NCBI GenBank assembly: GCA_000002445.1
Contig: CM000207.1
Coordinates: 800,001 to 864,000 of the forward strand
Length of the DNA stretch: 64,000 nucleotides
Reading direction: 5' to 3'
Origin: Trypanosoma brucei
Lineage: Eukaryota
Every line of letters begins with the position of its first letter. The stretch's first letter is position 1. The notes below the pieces were generated by a model that worked only from the letters and a program-made list of their open reading frames with translations, made no database searches and was not told where the DNA came from. The position numbers were made by a program, and so were the translations under genes. Positions 52,556 through 62,332 of the stretch are shown piece after piece.

Positions 52556-55348
52556 ATGTTCATGAACAAGCCCTTTGGCAGCAAGCGCTGCGAACCCTTC
52601 CACGAGTCGGAGCACCTTTGTGAGGCGTTTGCCATCACTGAAGCAATCCTCGCTCGCTATCAGCGTGGGAAACGCAGCTTTACGTCCTCCGAAAAAAGTG
52701 GACTGGCAGCCCTTATCAAACGTATTCCTTATGATATCCTTGTTGAGGTTCTCGATCAAAGCGGATTTACTCCAACAAGCAATGCAACACCCCCCGTTGA
52801 TTATTTAGCTATGATGGAGCACACAATGACGCACGGTGCGTCTATTACACACGCCCTGCAGTACCTTAACGATTTGATGACTAAGTGTACCGGGTGCCCG
52901 GGGATTCGTACATATTACCATAACCCCAATGATGACGTTCTGGCCGACCCCGTTCACGACACGGCAGCATTGATTGATGAAACAACAGCCGTGGGAAAGT
53001 CGGTTGTAACTAAACAGTACCTTAATATAGCTGGGGCTCACTACATACCCTTGATCCACGGAGATATTGTGGTTGGTTGTGTTGAGGTACCCCGCTTTTC
53101 GGGAAATCTTGAGGAGTTGCCATCATTCCCATCTCTCATAAGAGCTGTGACATGCACCGCACACAAATTCATTGAGGAAGCGAGAATCAACTGGAACAGG
53201 GAGAAGGCGGAAGCTATGTTGCAAATGGCGACCAGGTTGGCCCGTGACAATCTTGATGAAACAGTACTTGCATCTTCTATCATGAACACTGTCAAGAGTC
53301 TCACGGAAAGTGCACGTTGCAGTCTCTTCCTTGTGAAAGACGACAAGCTTGAAGCGCATTTTGAGGATGGTAACGTCGTTTCCATACCCAAGGGAACAGG
53401 CATTGTAGGGTATGTGGCGCAAACTGGTGAGACTGTTAATATTGTTGATGCCTACGCCGATGACCGCTTTAACCGTGAGGTTGACAAGGCTACTGGGTAC
53501 CGTACAAAGACGATACTCTGCATGCCTGTGATGTACGAAGGAACGATTGTGGCTGTAACCCAGCTGATTAATAAATTGGATCTGACAACTGAGAGTGGAT
53601 TGCGCCTACCTCGTGTGTTCGGAAAACGTGACGAGGAGCTGTTCCAAACCTTCTCTATGTTTGCTGGCGCCTCACTACGTAACTGTCGTATCAATGACCG
53701 ACTCTTAAAGGAGAAGAAAAAGAGTGACGTGATTCTCGATGTTGTTACTGTTCTCTCGAACACGGATATCCGCGATGTGGATGGTATTGTTCGCCACGCA
53801 CTGCACGGAGCAAAGAAACTACTGAACGCGGATCGCTCTACTTTGTTTTTGGTGGACAAGGAACGGAACGAACTTTGCAGTCGTATGGCAGATAGCGTTG
53901 CTGGTAAGGAGATTCGTTTTCCGTGTGGCCAAGGTATTGCGGGCACTGTGGCGGCATCTGGAGTTGGTGAGAATATTCAGGACGCGTACCAGGATCCGCG
54001 TTTCAACCGTGAGGTTGACAAACAACTTGGATACCGCACGCAGACCATATTGTGCGAGCCCATCATACTAAATGGTGAGATCCTTGCTGTCGTGCAGCTC
54101 GTGAACAAGCTTGATACGTCTGGAGAAGTGACTGTGTTTACCGAGGATGATCGTGAGACCTTCCGTGTGTTTTCCTTATTTGCAGGTATATCCATCAACA
54201 ACTCTCACCTGCTTGAGTTCGCTGTGAAAGCGGGTCGTGAGGTGATGGAATTAAATGAACACCGAGCAACATTGTTTAATAAGAACGTTCCCTCACGTGC
54301 GGTTAAACGAGTCACTGCCATTACGAAGGTTGAAAGGGAAGCGGTCTTGGTCTGTGAACTTCCATCGTTTGACGTTACGGATGTTGAGTTCGACTTGTTC
54401 CGAGCGCGTGATACTACGGATAAACCGTTGGATGTTGCTGCTGCTATTGCATACAGACTACTGCTTGGAAGCGGCCTTCCACAAAAGTTTGGTTGCTCTG
54501 ACGAGGTGCTTCTTAACTTCATTCTGCAATGCCGTAAGAAATACCGTAATGTCCCTTATCACAACTTTTACCATGTTGTGGATGTATGCCAAACCATTCA
54601 CACATTCTTGTACAGGGGAAATGTGTATGAGAAGTTAACCGAGCTTGAGTGCTTTGTGCTGCTTATCACCGCACTGGTGCATGATCTTGATCATATGGGG
54701 CTGAACAACAGTTTCTACCTGAAAACAGAATCTCCACTTGGTATTCTTTCCAGCGCAAGTGGTAACACCTCTGTTCTTGAGGTGCATCACTGCAACCTTG
54801 CTGTTGAGATCCTCTCTGATCCGGAATCTGATGTGTTTGGTGGTCTGGAGGGTGCAGAGCGTACTCTTGCGTTCCGATCGATGATTGATTGTGTACTTGC
54901 GACAGATATGGCGAAGCATGGAAGTGCATTAGAGGCGTTTCTTGCATCTGCGGCGGACCAGTCGTCAGACGAGGCGGCGTTTCACCGCATGACGATGGAG
55001 ATACTCTTGAAAGCTGGAGATATCTCTAACGTAACGAAACCGTTCGACATTTCCCGTCAGTGGGCAATGGCTGTGACGGAGGAGTTCTACCGTCAAGGAG
55101 ACATGGAGAAGGAGAGGGGTGTGGAAGTATTGCCCATGTTTGACCGATCTAAGAATATGGAGCTTGCAAAAGGTCAAATTGGATTCATTGACTTTGTCGC
55201 AGCCCCATTTTTCCAGAAGATAGTTGATGCCTGCCTGCAAGGGATGCAATGGACAGTCGACCGTATCAAATCGAACCGCGCACAGTGGGAGCGAGTTCTG
55301 GAAACAAGACTATCAACGAGTTCTGGCAACAACAGCAGTACTCGTTGA
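52556..55348 (+). CDS. PDEB1: cAMP-specific phosphodiesterase PDEB1 (tandem GAF-A/GAF-B plus class I PDE catalytic domain), 930 aa
   Basis: Two GAF domains (NIVDAYADDRFNREVD, NIQDAYQDPRFNREVD) are followed by the HD-type catalytic domain YHNFYHVVDV...HDLDHMGLNNSF. The track start 52532 is TTG and the first ATG is at 52556 (MFMNKPFGSKR), giving exactly 930 aa as for T. brucei PDEB1. It is the upstream copy of the tandem pair. Confidence 0.9.
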   Translation: MFMNKPFGSKRCEPFHESEHLCEAFAITEAILARYQRGKRSFTSSEKSGLAALIKRIPYDILVEVLDQSGFTPTSNATPPVDYLAMMEHTMTHGASITHALQYLNDLMTKCTGCPGIRTYYHNPNDDVLADPVHDTAALIDETTAVGKSVVTKQYLNIAGAHYIPLIHGDIVVGCVEVPRFSGNLEELPSFPSLIRAVTCTAHKFIEEARINWNREKAEAMLQMATRLARDNLDETVLASSIMNTVKSLTESARCSLFLVKDDKLEAHFEDGNVVSIPKGTGIVGYVAQTGETVNIVDAYADDRFNREVDKATGYRTKTILCMPVMYEGTIVAVTQLINKLDLTTESGLRLPRVFGKRDEELFQTFSMFAGASLRNCRINDRLLKEKKKSDVILDVVTVLSNTDIRDVDGIVRHALHGAKKLLNADRSTLFLVDKERNELCSRMADSVAGKEIRFPCGQGIAGTVAASGVGENIQDAYQDPRFNREVDKQLGYRTQTILCEPIILNGEILAVVQLVNKLDTSGEVTVFTEDDRETFRVFSLFAGISINNSHLLEFAVKAGREVMELNEHRATLFNKNVPSRAVKRVTAITKVEREAVLVCELPSFDVTDVEFDLFRARDTTDKPLDVAAAIAYRLLLGSGLPQKFGCSDEVLLNFILQCRKKYRNVPYHNFYHVVDVCQTIHTFLYRGNVYEKLTELECFVLLITALVHDLDHMGLNNSFYLKTESPLGILSSASGNTSVLEVHHCNLAVEILSDPESDVFGGLEGAERTLAFRSMIDCVLATDMAKHGSALEAFLASAADQSSDEAAFHRMTMEILLKAGDISNVTKPFDISRQWAMAVTEEFYRQGDMEKERGVEVLPMFDRSKNMELAKGQIGFIDFVAAPFFQKIVDACLQGMQWTVDRIKSNRAQWERVLETRLSTSSGNNSSTR
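53190..55300 (+). repeat. segmental duplication copy A (PDEB1 3' 2.1 kb)
   Basis: It is near-identical to 58361-60471 with a constant offset of 5171 bp and no indels. Spurious antisense ORFs 53452..53946, 53819..54025, 54205..54522 and 54635..54919 reappear at exactly +5171. Confidence 0.9.
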
Positions 55349-56412
55349 GTGAAATTGAAGAAGTCAGTTGACCGGTGGTAGATGTACGTTCTTGTCAATG
55401 GTGATTTGACTGTGTATTTAAAAAGTGAAATGGAGTTCTGGGAGTACTGTAGTGGATGTGAACACTATCACAATCAAATATTTTCCATGCCTACAGATAT
55501 ACATGATACGTTTGGTACGTGGGTTGCCTTCACGGAAGTATGTACAAATCTTACCAATTTTACCCCCTTGTTTTTTATCTTTTATTGAGTGGTTTCTCTG
55601 TTGTTTTGATTGAGCATGTTTGGAGGTGCAAAGAATTTTTTCCCCCTCCTTTTTTTTCTTTTTTCATTCTGTGTCTTGATCAATATAATTTGGGGTGTTT
55701 CCCCCATGTATATTTTATTTGGATACTGGGAGGGATGCATTTTTTTTCTTTTTTCTTCTTTGGTCTTACTTTGGTTTTTCTAATTTTTTGGGAACTTTGT
55801 ACTGCATGGGTAGCTGACCTCTTAACGCCTACCCATGCGAGACTCCTATCTCTTCTCCCCTGTTTCCCCGTCGCATGGAAGGGAAATGAAGTTGGCTGCA
55901 CCAATTTTTTCTTCCCTCCTTTTCATTCCTATCGCAGTATTTTTTTTTTTTTTGCTGCAGGGAGGTGTAAGAGGGAGTTGTGGCGGTACAGAGTTTCATT
56001 CGAAAAGAACTGCAGTTGGAACGGTAGAGAAGAGGAGGAAGAAGGATATTTGTTTGTGGCAGCGGCAGTGGGAACCGCAACAGGTAAATGGGGGTAATGG
56101 AGGTATAATATGGAAGAAGGAGTGCATATCTTTGTGTTATTTATTCTTGTGCCCTTTTGTTTTTTTTATTGTAGGCATGGATGAGTTGTTGTCGTCATTA
56201 CTCACTTCACCATCGCAACTGCCATTAAATTTTTTTTTTGTAATTTTGTCTTTTTTTTTTCTTTCTTTACCAGTGGGGGAATATTGTGCATGTTGTTGTC
56301 AACGGCCCTGCAGCATACACATGCATGGATGTTTGTATAAAGTCTGAAGTGTGTGACCCTTTGATGTTTCCACCAGGATCGTGACATCCTACCTGATTGC
56401 ATCCGTTGTGCG

Positions 56413-56433
56413 TATATATATATATATATATAT
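56413..56433 (+). repeat. (TA)10 microsatellite
   Basis: cgtatatatatatatatatatatgttt, in the PDEB1-PDEB2 intergenic region. A similar (AT)9 lies at 63825-63842. Confidence 0.9.
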
Positions 56434-57726
56434 GTTTATACGTTTACACTGCGGTTGTGTGACATTTTATCCCCCTTTAGGGGGTGTTTCTTCCTTTATT
56501 TTACTACCGCAATCCCGTGGTTTCGTCCTTGTAAGGTTCCCTTTGTCGTCTAACTTACAGGTTGGTAGAGGCGGGACAGGGAGAGAAGTATTCGATTTTT
56601 TTTTTGGTGCTTCTCGGCTACAGGCTGCGTATCTGGTTCTATATTTTTGTTCTTTCTTTCCGTGTGGCACCGCAAAAGGTGTAAGTACCAACGGGAGGAG
56701 GCTGGAATCAACGAGGTGTGAGTTATATATGTATATATTGAATATGTGAGTAGTGGAGAGAAGAGAGAAAAGTAAGCAAGCAATCAAACCTGTAAAGAGG
56801 AGATAAAAGGAAAAAAAAATGTAAGGGAAAAAGAGAGCAAATATGCGGCAAATTTGGCGCGATCCAATGCGTGTATTTTTATTGTTGTTATCCTTTCCCT
56901 TTTGTCTGCACCACTACGCTTCTTGCACGAGCAGCACGGTCTTTACTGCAATTTCACTCCTTTGTTATAGTTTGTTATTCCTTCCTTTATTGAGGGAAGT
57001 GGGATTGACCAACCACTACCTCTCGCGCGTAGGAGGAGGAAAACAACAGGTTAACAATGAGGGGAAAACAAGTGGAGGGGATCATGACTACGGGAAAGGA
57101 AAGAGAACAGGATATTAAACACTAAATGCAACGCATGCAACGTTGCAACTCCTCGCAAATGTTTTTACTTCCTAATGAAATGTGGGAAGTGTTTGTGTGC
57201 ATGGCGGCAATGTACATGACAGAATAAAGCCAAGGATGTGCGCGGAGAGGAATAAAGGGGGATATATGAAAAGGAGCAAATAAAGGGTGTTTGACGATTT
57301 ACAACGTACTGTCTCCTCATATTGGTAGCAGTTTTGTTTGATTGTTATTTATTAATTTGATACTTGGCGGATGCCTTCCGTTACAACCATCAGTTTGCGG
57401 ATGGCAGTCACTACTGCCCATGTACACGTGTGGAGCACCTGCGCCGTTAGGTACGAGAAGGCAACTGAGTTTTTACACCCATTATTCCACCCTCTTCTAA
57501 GCATTCACCCACTAACTTTTCTCCTTTCGCCCTATTTCTCTTTGTTAATTGTTATGCATTTCGCATGTCGTGAGGCTTGTTTTCTGCCGTCGGTTAGGTA
57601 AACTACGTCTGTTGGGCACAGAGATCAAGTGCTAGCACAAATACAGATATAAGTGCGCACAGGGAGAGAGAGAGAGGGACTGCTTCCCCCTTTGCAGATC
57701 CAGATAGCTGGGAAAGACAGAGACAG

Positions 57727-60504
57727 ATGACACACAACGGTGGTCGTCATCTGCTTGAGGCGGTTACGCTATGCGGGTCCATTCTTACCCGCTATAAGCG
57801 GAGCAACATGAAGCTCGACGAAGCTGAGGTAAGGGCATTAAAGGAGTTATTCGAGAAGTATCAAGATATCCTCGTGGATGGATCCCCTGGTTTGCCCACC
57901 CACGCTAGCGGGCCCATGATCCAGCCTCCCGTTACAAACATGGTCGCCCCTTATGATTCCCCCACGGATACTATAGTGAAGTTCGTTGAAGGAACGATAA
58001 ACCTGCAGAGACCAATTGTTGAGGTCCTTCACGTTATGAACGAGCATTTGTCCCTTGTCCTTCGCGCAAAGAACACTCATGTCTTTTATGTCGACCCCGT
58101 TAATAACCTGTTATACGACCCTATTCACGGGGTGGCCGCTGCACTCGATGAATCGTCACCAATAGGAAAGGCCATAGTTTCGGGTGAGCGGCTTAACGTA
58201 GCGGGGACACTATATATACCCATCATCTCCGAGGGGATGCCGTTGGGTTGCGTACTGAGTCCTTGTGGAAGGGCAGATTACCACGCCTCTACGATGCTTG
58301 AGTCATCACTCCGTGTTATTTCCACATCCCTCAAAAACATCATTCAGGCAGAGAAACTAAACTGGAACAAAGAAAAGGCGGAGGCTATGCTCCGGATGGC
58401 AACGCAGCTGGCCCGTGACAATCTTGAAGAAACAGTACTCGCATCTTCTATCATGAACACTGTCAAGAGTCTCACGGAAAGTGCGCGTTGCAGTCTCTTC
58501 CTTGTCAGGGGTGACGTTCTTGAAGCGCATTTTGAGGATGGTAACGTTGTTACAATCCCTAGGGGTGCAGGTATTGCCGGATATGTGGCGCAAACTGGTG
58601 AGACTGTTAATATTGTTGATGCCTACGCCGATGACCGCTTTAACCGTGAGGTTGACAAGGCTACTGGGTACCGTACAAAGACGATACTCTGCATGCCTGT
58701 GATGTACGAAGGAACGATTGTGGCTGTTGCCCAACTGATTAATAAATTGGATCTGACAACTGAGAGTGGATTGCGCCTACCTCGTGTGTTCGGAAGGCGT
58801 GATGAGGAGCTGTTCCAAACCTTCTCTATGTTTGCTGGCGCCTCACTACGTAACTGTCGTATCAACGACCGACTCTTAAAGGAGAAGAAAAAGAGTGACG
58901 TGATTCTCGATGTTGTTACTGTTCTCTCGAACACGGATATCCGCGATGTGGATGGTATTGTTCGCCACGCACTGCACGGAGCAAAGAAACTACTGAACGC
59001 GGATCGCTCTACTTTGTTTTTGGTGGACAAGGAACGGAACGAACTTTGCAGTCGTATGGCAGATAGCGTTGCTGGTAAGGAGATTCGTTTTCCGTGTGGC
59101 CAAGGTATTGCGGGCACTGTGGCGGCATCTGGAGTTGGTGAGAATATTCAGGACGCGTACCAGGATCCGCGTTTCAACCGTGAGGTTGACAAACAACTTG
59201 GATACCGCACGCAGGCCATATTGTGCGAGCCCATCATACTAAATGGTGAGATCCTTGCTGTCGTGCAGCTCGTGAACAAGCTTGATTCATCTGGAGAAGT
59301 GACTGTGTTTACCGAGGATGATCGTGACACCTTCCGTGTGTTTTCCTTATTTGCAGGTATATCCATCAACAACTCTCACCTGCTTGAGTTCGCTGTGAAG
59401 GCGGGTCGTGAGGTGATGGAATTAAATGAACACCGAGCAACATTGTTTAATAAGAACGTTCCCTCACGTGGAGTTAAACGAGTCACTGCCATCACAAATA
59501 GAGAAAGGGAGGCTGTGCTACGTATTGAGTTCCCCAACGTGGACGTTACGGATATTGACTTCGACTTGTTCCAGGCACGTGAAAGTACAGATAAACCGTT
59601 GGATGTTGCTGCTGCTATTGCATACAGACTACTGCTTGGAAGCGGCCTTCCACAAAAGTTTGGTTGCTCTGACGAGGTGCTTCTTAACTTCATTCTGCAA
59701 TGCCGTAAGAAATACCGTAATGTCCCTTATCACAACTTTTACCATGTTGTGGATGTATGCCAAACCATTTACACATTCTTGTACAGGGGAAATGTGTATG
59801 AGAAGTTAACCGAGCTTGAGTGCTTTGTGCTGCTTATCACCGCACTGGTGCATGATCTTGATCATATGGGGCTGAACAACAGTTTCTACCTGAAAACAGA
59901 ATCTCCACTTGGTATTCTTTCCAGCGCAAGTGGTAACAAGTCTGTTCTTGAGGTGCATCACTGCAACCTTGCTGTTGAGATCCTCTCTGATCCGGAATCT
60001 GATGTGTTTGGTGGTCTGGAGGGTGCAGAGCGTACTCTTGCGTTCCGATCGATGATTGATTGTGTACTTGCGACAGATATGGCGAGACATAGTGAATTTC
60101 TTGAGAAGTACCTAGAGCTTATGAAAACATCTTACAACGTTGATGATTCCGATCATCGGCAAATGACAATGGATGTGCTTATGAAAGCTGGAGATATCTC
60201 TAACGTAACGAAACCGTTCGACATTTCCCGTCAGTGGGCAATGGCTGTGACGGAGGAGTTCTACCGTCAAGGAGACATGGAAAAGGAGAGGGGTGTGGAA
60301 GTATTGCCCATGTTTGACCGATCTAAGAATATGGAGCTTGCAAAAGGTCAAATTGGATTCATTGACTTTGTCGCAGCCCCATTTTTCCAGAAGATAGTTG
60401 ATGCCTGCCTGCAAGGGATGCAATGGACAGTCGACCGTACAAAGTCGAACCGCGCACAGTGGGAGCGAGTTCTGGAAGCAAGGAGTACAGGGGCTTCGTC
60501 TTAG
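57727..60504 (+). CDS. PDEB2: cAMP-specific phosphodiesterase PDEB2 (GAF-A/GAF-B plus PDE catalytic domain), 925 aa
   Basis: It has the same architecture as PDEB1. The ATG at 57727 is genuine and gives 925 aa as for T. brucei PDEB2. It is collinear with PDEB1 at a constant +5171 bp offset. It has its own N-terminal 200 aa and a C-terminal tail ...EARSTGASS. Confidence 0.9.
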   Translation: MTHNGGRHLLEAVTLCGSILTRYKRSNMKLDEAEVRALKELFEKYQDILVDGSPGLPTHASGPMIQPPVTNMVAPYDSPTDTIVKFVEGTINLQRPIVEVLHVMNEHLSLVLRAKNTHVFYVDPVNNLLYDPIHGVAAALDESSPIGKAIVSGERLNVAGTLYIPIISEGMPLGCVLSPCGRADYHASTMLESSLRVISTSLKNIIQAEKLNWNKEKAEAMLRMATQLARDNLEETVLASSIMNTVKSLTESARCSLFLVRGDVLEAHFEDGNVVTIPRGAGIAGYVAQTGETVNIVDAYADDRFNREVDKATGYRTKTILCMPVMYEGTIVAVAQLINKLDLTTESGLRLPRVFGRRDEELFQTFSMFAGASLRNCRINDRLLKEKKKSDVILDVVTVLSNTDIRDVDGIVRHALHGAKKLLNADRSTLFLVDKERNELCSRMADSVAGKEIRFPCGQGIAGTVAASGVGENIQDAYQDPRFNREVDKQLGYRTQAILCEPIILNGEILAVVQLVNKLDSSGEVTVFTEDDRDTFRVFSLFAGISINNSHLLEFAVKAGREVMELNEHRATLFNKNVPSRGVKRVTAITNREREAVLRIEFPNVDVTDIDFDLFQARESTDKPLDVAAAIAYRLLLGSGLPQKFGCSDEVLLNFILQCRKKYRNVPYHNFYHVVDVCQTIYTFLYRGNVYEKLTELECFVLLITALVHDLDHMGLNNSFYLKTESPLGILSSASGNKSVLEVHHCNLAVEILSDPESDVFGGLEGAERTLAFRSMIDCVLATDMARHSEFLEKYLELMKTSYNVDDSDHRQMTMDVLMKAGDISNVTKPFDISRQWAMAVTEEFYRQGDMEKERGVEVLPMFDRSKNMELAKGQIGFIDFVAAPFFQKIVDACLQGMQWTVDRTKSNRAQWERVLEARSTGASS
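58361..60471 (+). repeat. segmental duplication copy B (PDEB2 3' 2.1 kb)
   Basis: It is the partner of copy A. The UTRs and intergenic flanks on either side of the two genes are unrelated. Confidence 0.9.
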
Positions 60505-61951
60505 GCGGAAGGTTAATAATCGTGAGCCTGGTTGACGAAGATAGGCCACTTACCTTATCTAATGTTGCAGAGTGCAACACCGTAAAACCTTTTTGGCAGT
60601 GGTGATATGACGTTGAAAGAGGGTGCCAAATCTACTTGCGTTGACATACCCATGTATTTGCACTCTGTCGTTAATTTTACGGTGTGTTTGTGTCCCCGTT
60701 TTGCCAAATAGCTAGTTATTGTTTCAATTTGTAAGTAAGTTTGGTGATGTTCTTCTTTATGCCTGTCTATAATCTTTCGTTTTGTTGTTTTGATTTTTTT
60801 TCCTTAGCATATTGACTTTTTTACCTCTCTTCCCTCTCTGTCTTCGTACATGTCCCTTCTATCTGCTTTGTCCCTCCATCTCATAATTCTGTTTTTTTAT
60901 TGGTTTATTTTGCTTTTTTTTTTCATTATCTTTATCATTTTAATCATCATCATCATGACAAAAATGTCTCCTTACACTGTGCACCTTGCCTTGTGGTGAT
61001 TTGCTTGGTTCCGTATCAAAGGGTATTTACTCTGTCATGCACTTTTGTATGCCTTATGAGCACCATCGAGTTCGCTCCTTGTTTGCGCGTCGATGCGCAT
61101 GCTTAGCTTTGTGCATATATATCTGCTTGTTTATGTATATATCTTTTTCTGGACACGTGATGTACTGTGCCTTTTCTGTGTTTTTTTTTGAGATTTAATT
61201 ATGTAGATATACCCAGATATAAATATTTCCGTATGTTTGTATATATGTTGTGGTGGAGGGAAGGGGCAGTGAGCCATGTGATAAAACGGGATAAACGATA
61301 AAAGAAAAAGTGATGAGAAGGGGAAGGAGATAGAGGATAGGAGAAAAGGGGAAGAGGAAAAAAGGGGGATGGGGGTGGGCAATACTATTAGGGTTTGTTT
61401 CCGCGGGTTAGGGTCGGAGAGGGTGAAGGAGATAAGAAAGCAACTTGGGAATGGGGACGCAGTGTCACAAATTTTTATTTGCTCATTCCTTGGCCTTTAT
61501 AGGCGCTGCTGTTTTACTTCCTTTTCCGTGTCTGTGTCTGTGTGTGTTTCTTCGCGTGTCTACGTGCGTGTGTATGTGTGTCTGTGTGCGTGCTTTTGGA
61601 TCGGCAACTGGCATTCTCTCCAGAAAGCCACACCTCTTTTTCCTTTTTGTACTGATGATATGTAATGTTTTATCTATGTTTTCAATTGCTTGATTCTAAG
61701 CTCACCTGCAGCACTCCTTTAATAGGTGATGTGCGGAAAGATATTTAACTCTTACCCTATTAAACAATAGACTCATTTTGTCACTGTTGCCGCACTGTCT
61801 ATTTTCTTCTTCTTCTTCCTTTTTGTATTCGCCAATAATACTTTCACGTACCCGCATAAACTTATGTGTCTGTGTGTGTACGCGTCCGTGCGAATCTCAC
61901 ATTTCTATCAAACATTATTGCTTGCAAGGTGCATATCTAACGTTTATCGCG

Positions 61952-62332
61952 ATGACGGCTGAAATCAGCGAAAAGGCTTTCCCTCTTGCTGGCGATCGCC
62001 TCACGCAGACCATCCTGGACATAGTACAGGAAGCCAGTAATGCAAAGATGATTAAGAAGGGAGCCAATGAGGCCACGAAGGCGCTCAACCGTGGTATTGC
62101 GGACCTGATCGTGCTTGCGGGCGATACGAACCCTATCGAGATCCTTCTTCACCTCCCGCTTCTATGCGAAGACAAAAATGTGCCGTACGTGTTTGTTCCC
62201 TCAAAGACGGCATTAGGGCGCGCGGCGCAAGTGTCACGGAATGCGGTGGCTCTAGCGATCCTCCAGATGGAGAACAGCCCCATTTCGGCTAAGATACAGG
62301 CGGTTAAATTGGAGATTGAACGGCTCCTGTAG
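61952..62332 (+). CDS. SNU13: SNU13/NHP2-like protein 1 (15.5K, L7Ae family; U4 snRNP and box C/D snoRNP K-turn binding protein), 126 aa
   Basis: KAFPLAGDRLTQTILDIVQEASNAKMIKKGANEATKALNRGIADLIVLAGDTNPIEILLHLPLLCEDKNVPYVFVPSKTALGRA is near-identical in pattern to human NHP2L1. The track ORF starts 58 codons upstream in non-coding (CA)n-containing sequence. The true ATG is at 61952. Confidence 0.85.
   Translation: MTAEISEKAFPLAGDRLTQTILDIVQEASNAKMIKKGANEATKALNRGIADLIVLAGDTNPIEILLHLPLLCEDKNVPYVFVPSKTALGRAAQVSRNAVALAILQMENSPISAKIQAVKLEIERLL

Noticed and set aside
55519-56347. 192-aa and 170-aa plus-strand ORFs in the PDEB1-PDEB2 intergenic region
   Set aside because: They are T-rich low-complexity translations (poly-Phe/Leu) of the PDEB1 3' UTR and PDEB2 splice-acceptor region. 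They are not coding.
53452-59117. Pairs of identical minus-strand ORFs inside the PDE genes (53452..53946 and 58623..59117; 53819..54025 and 58990..59196; 54205..54522 and 59376..59693; others)
   Set aside because: They are antisense to two strongly supported PDE coding sequences. Their duplication is simply a by-product of the PDEB1/PDEB2 segmental identity. They show no independent signals.
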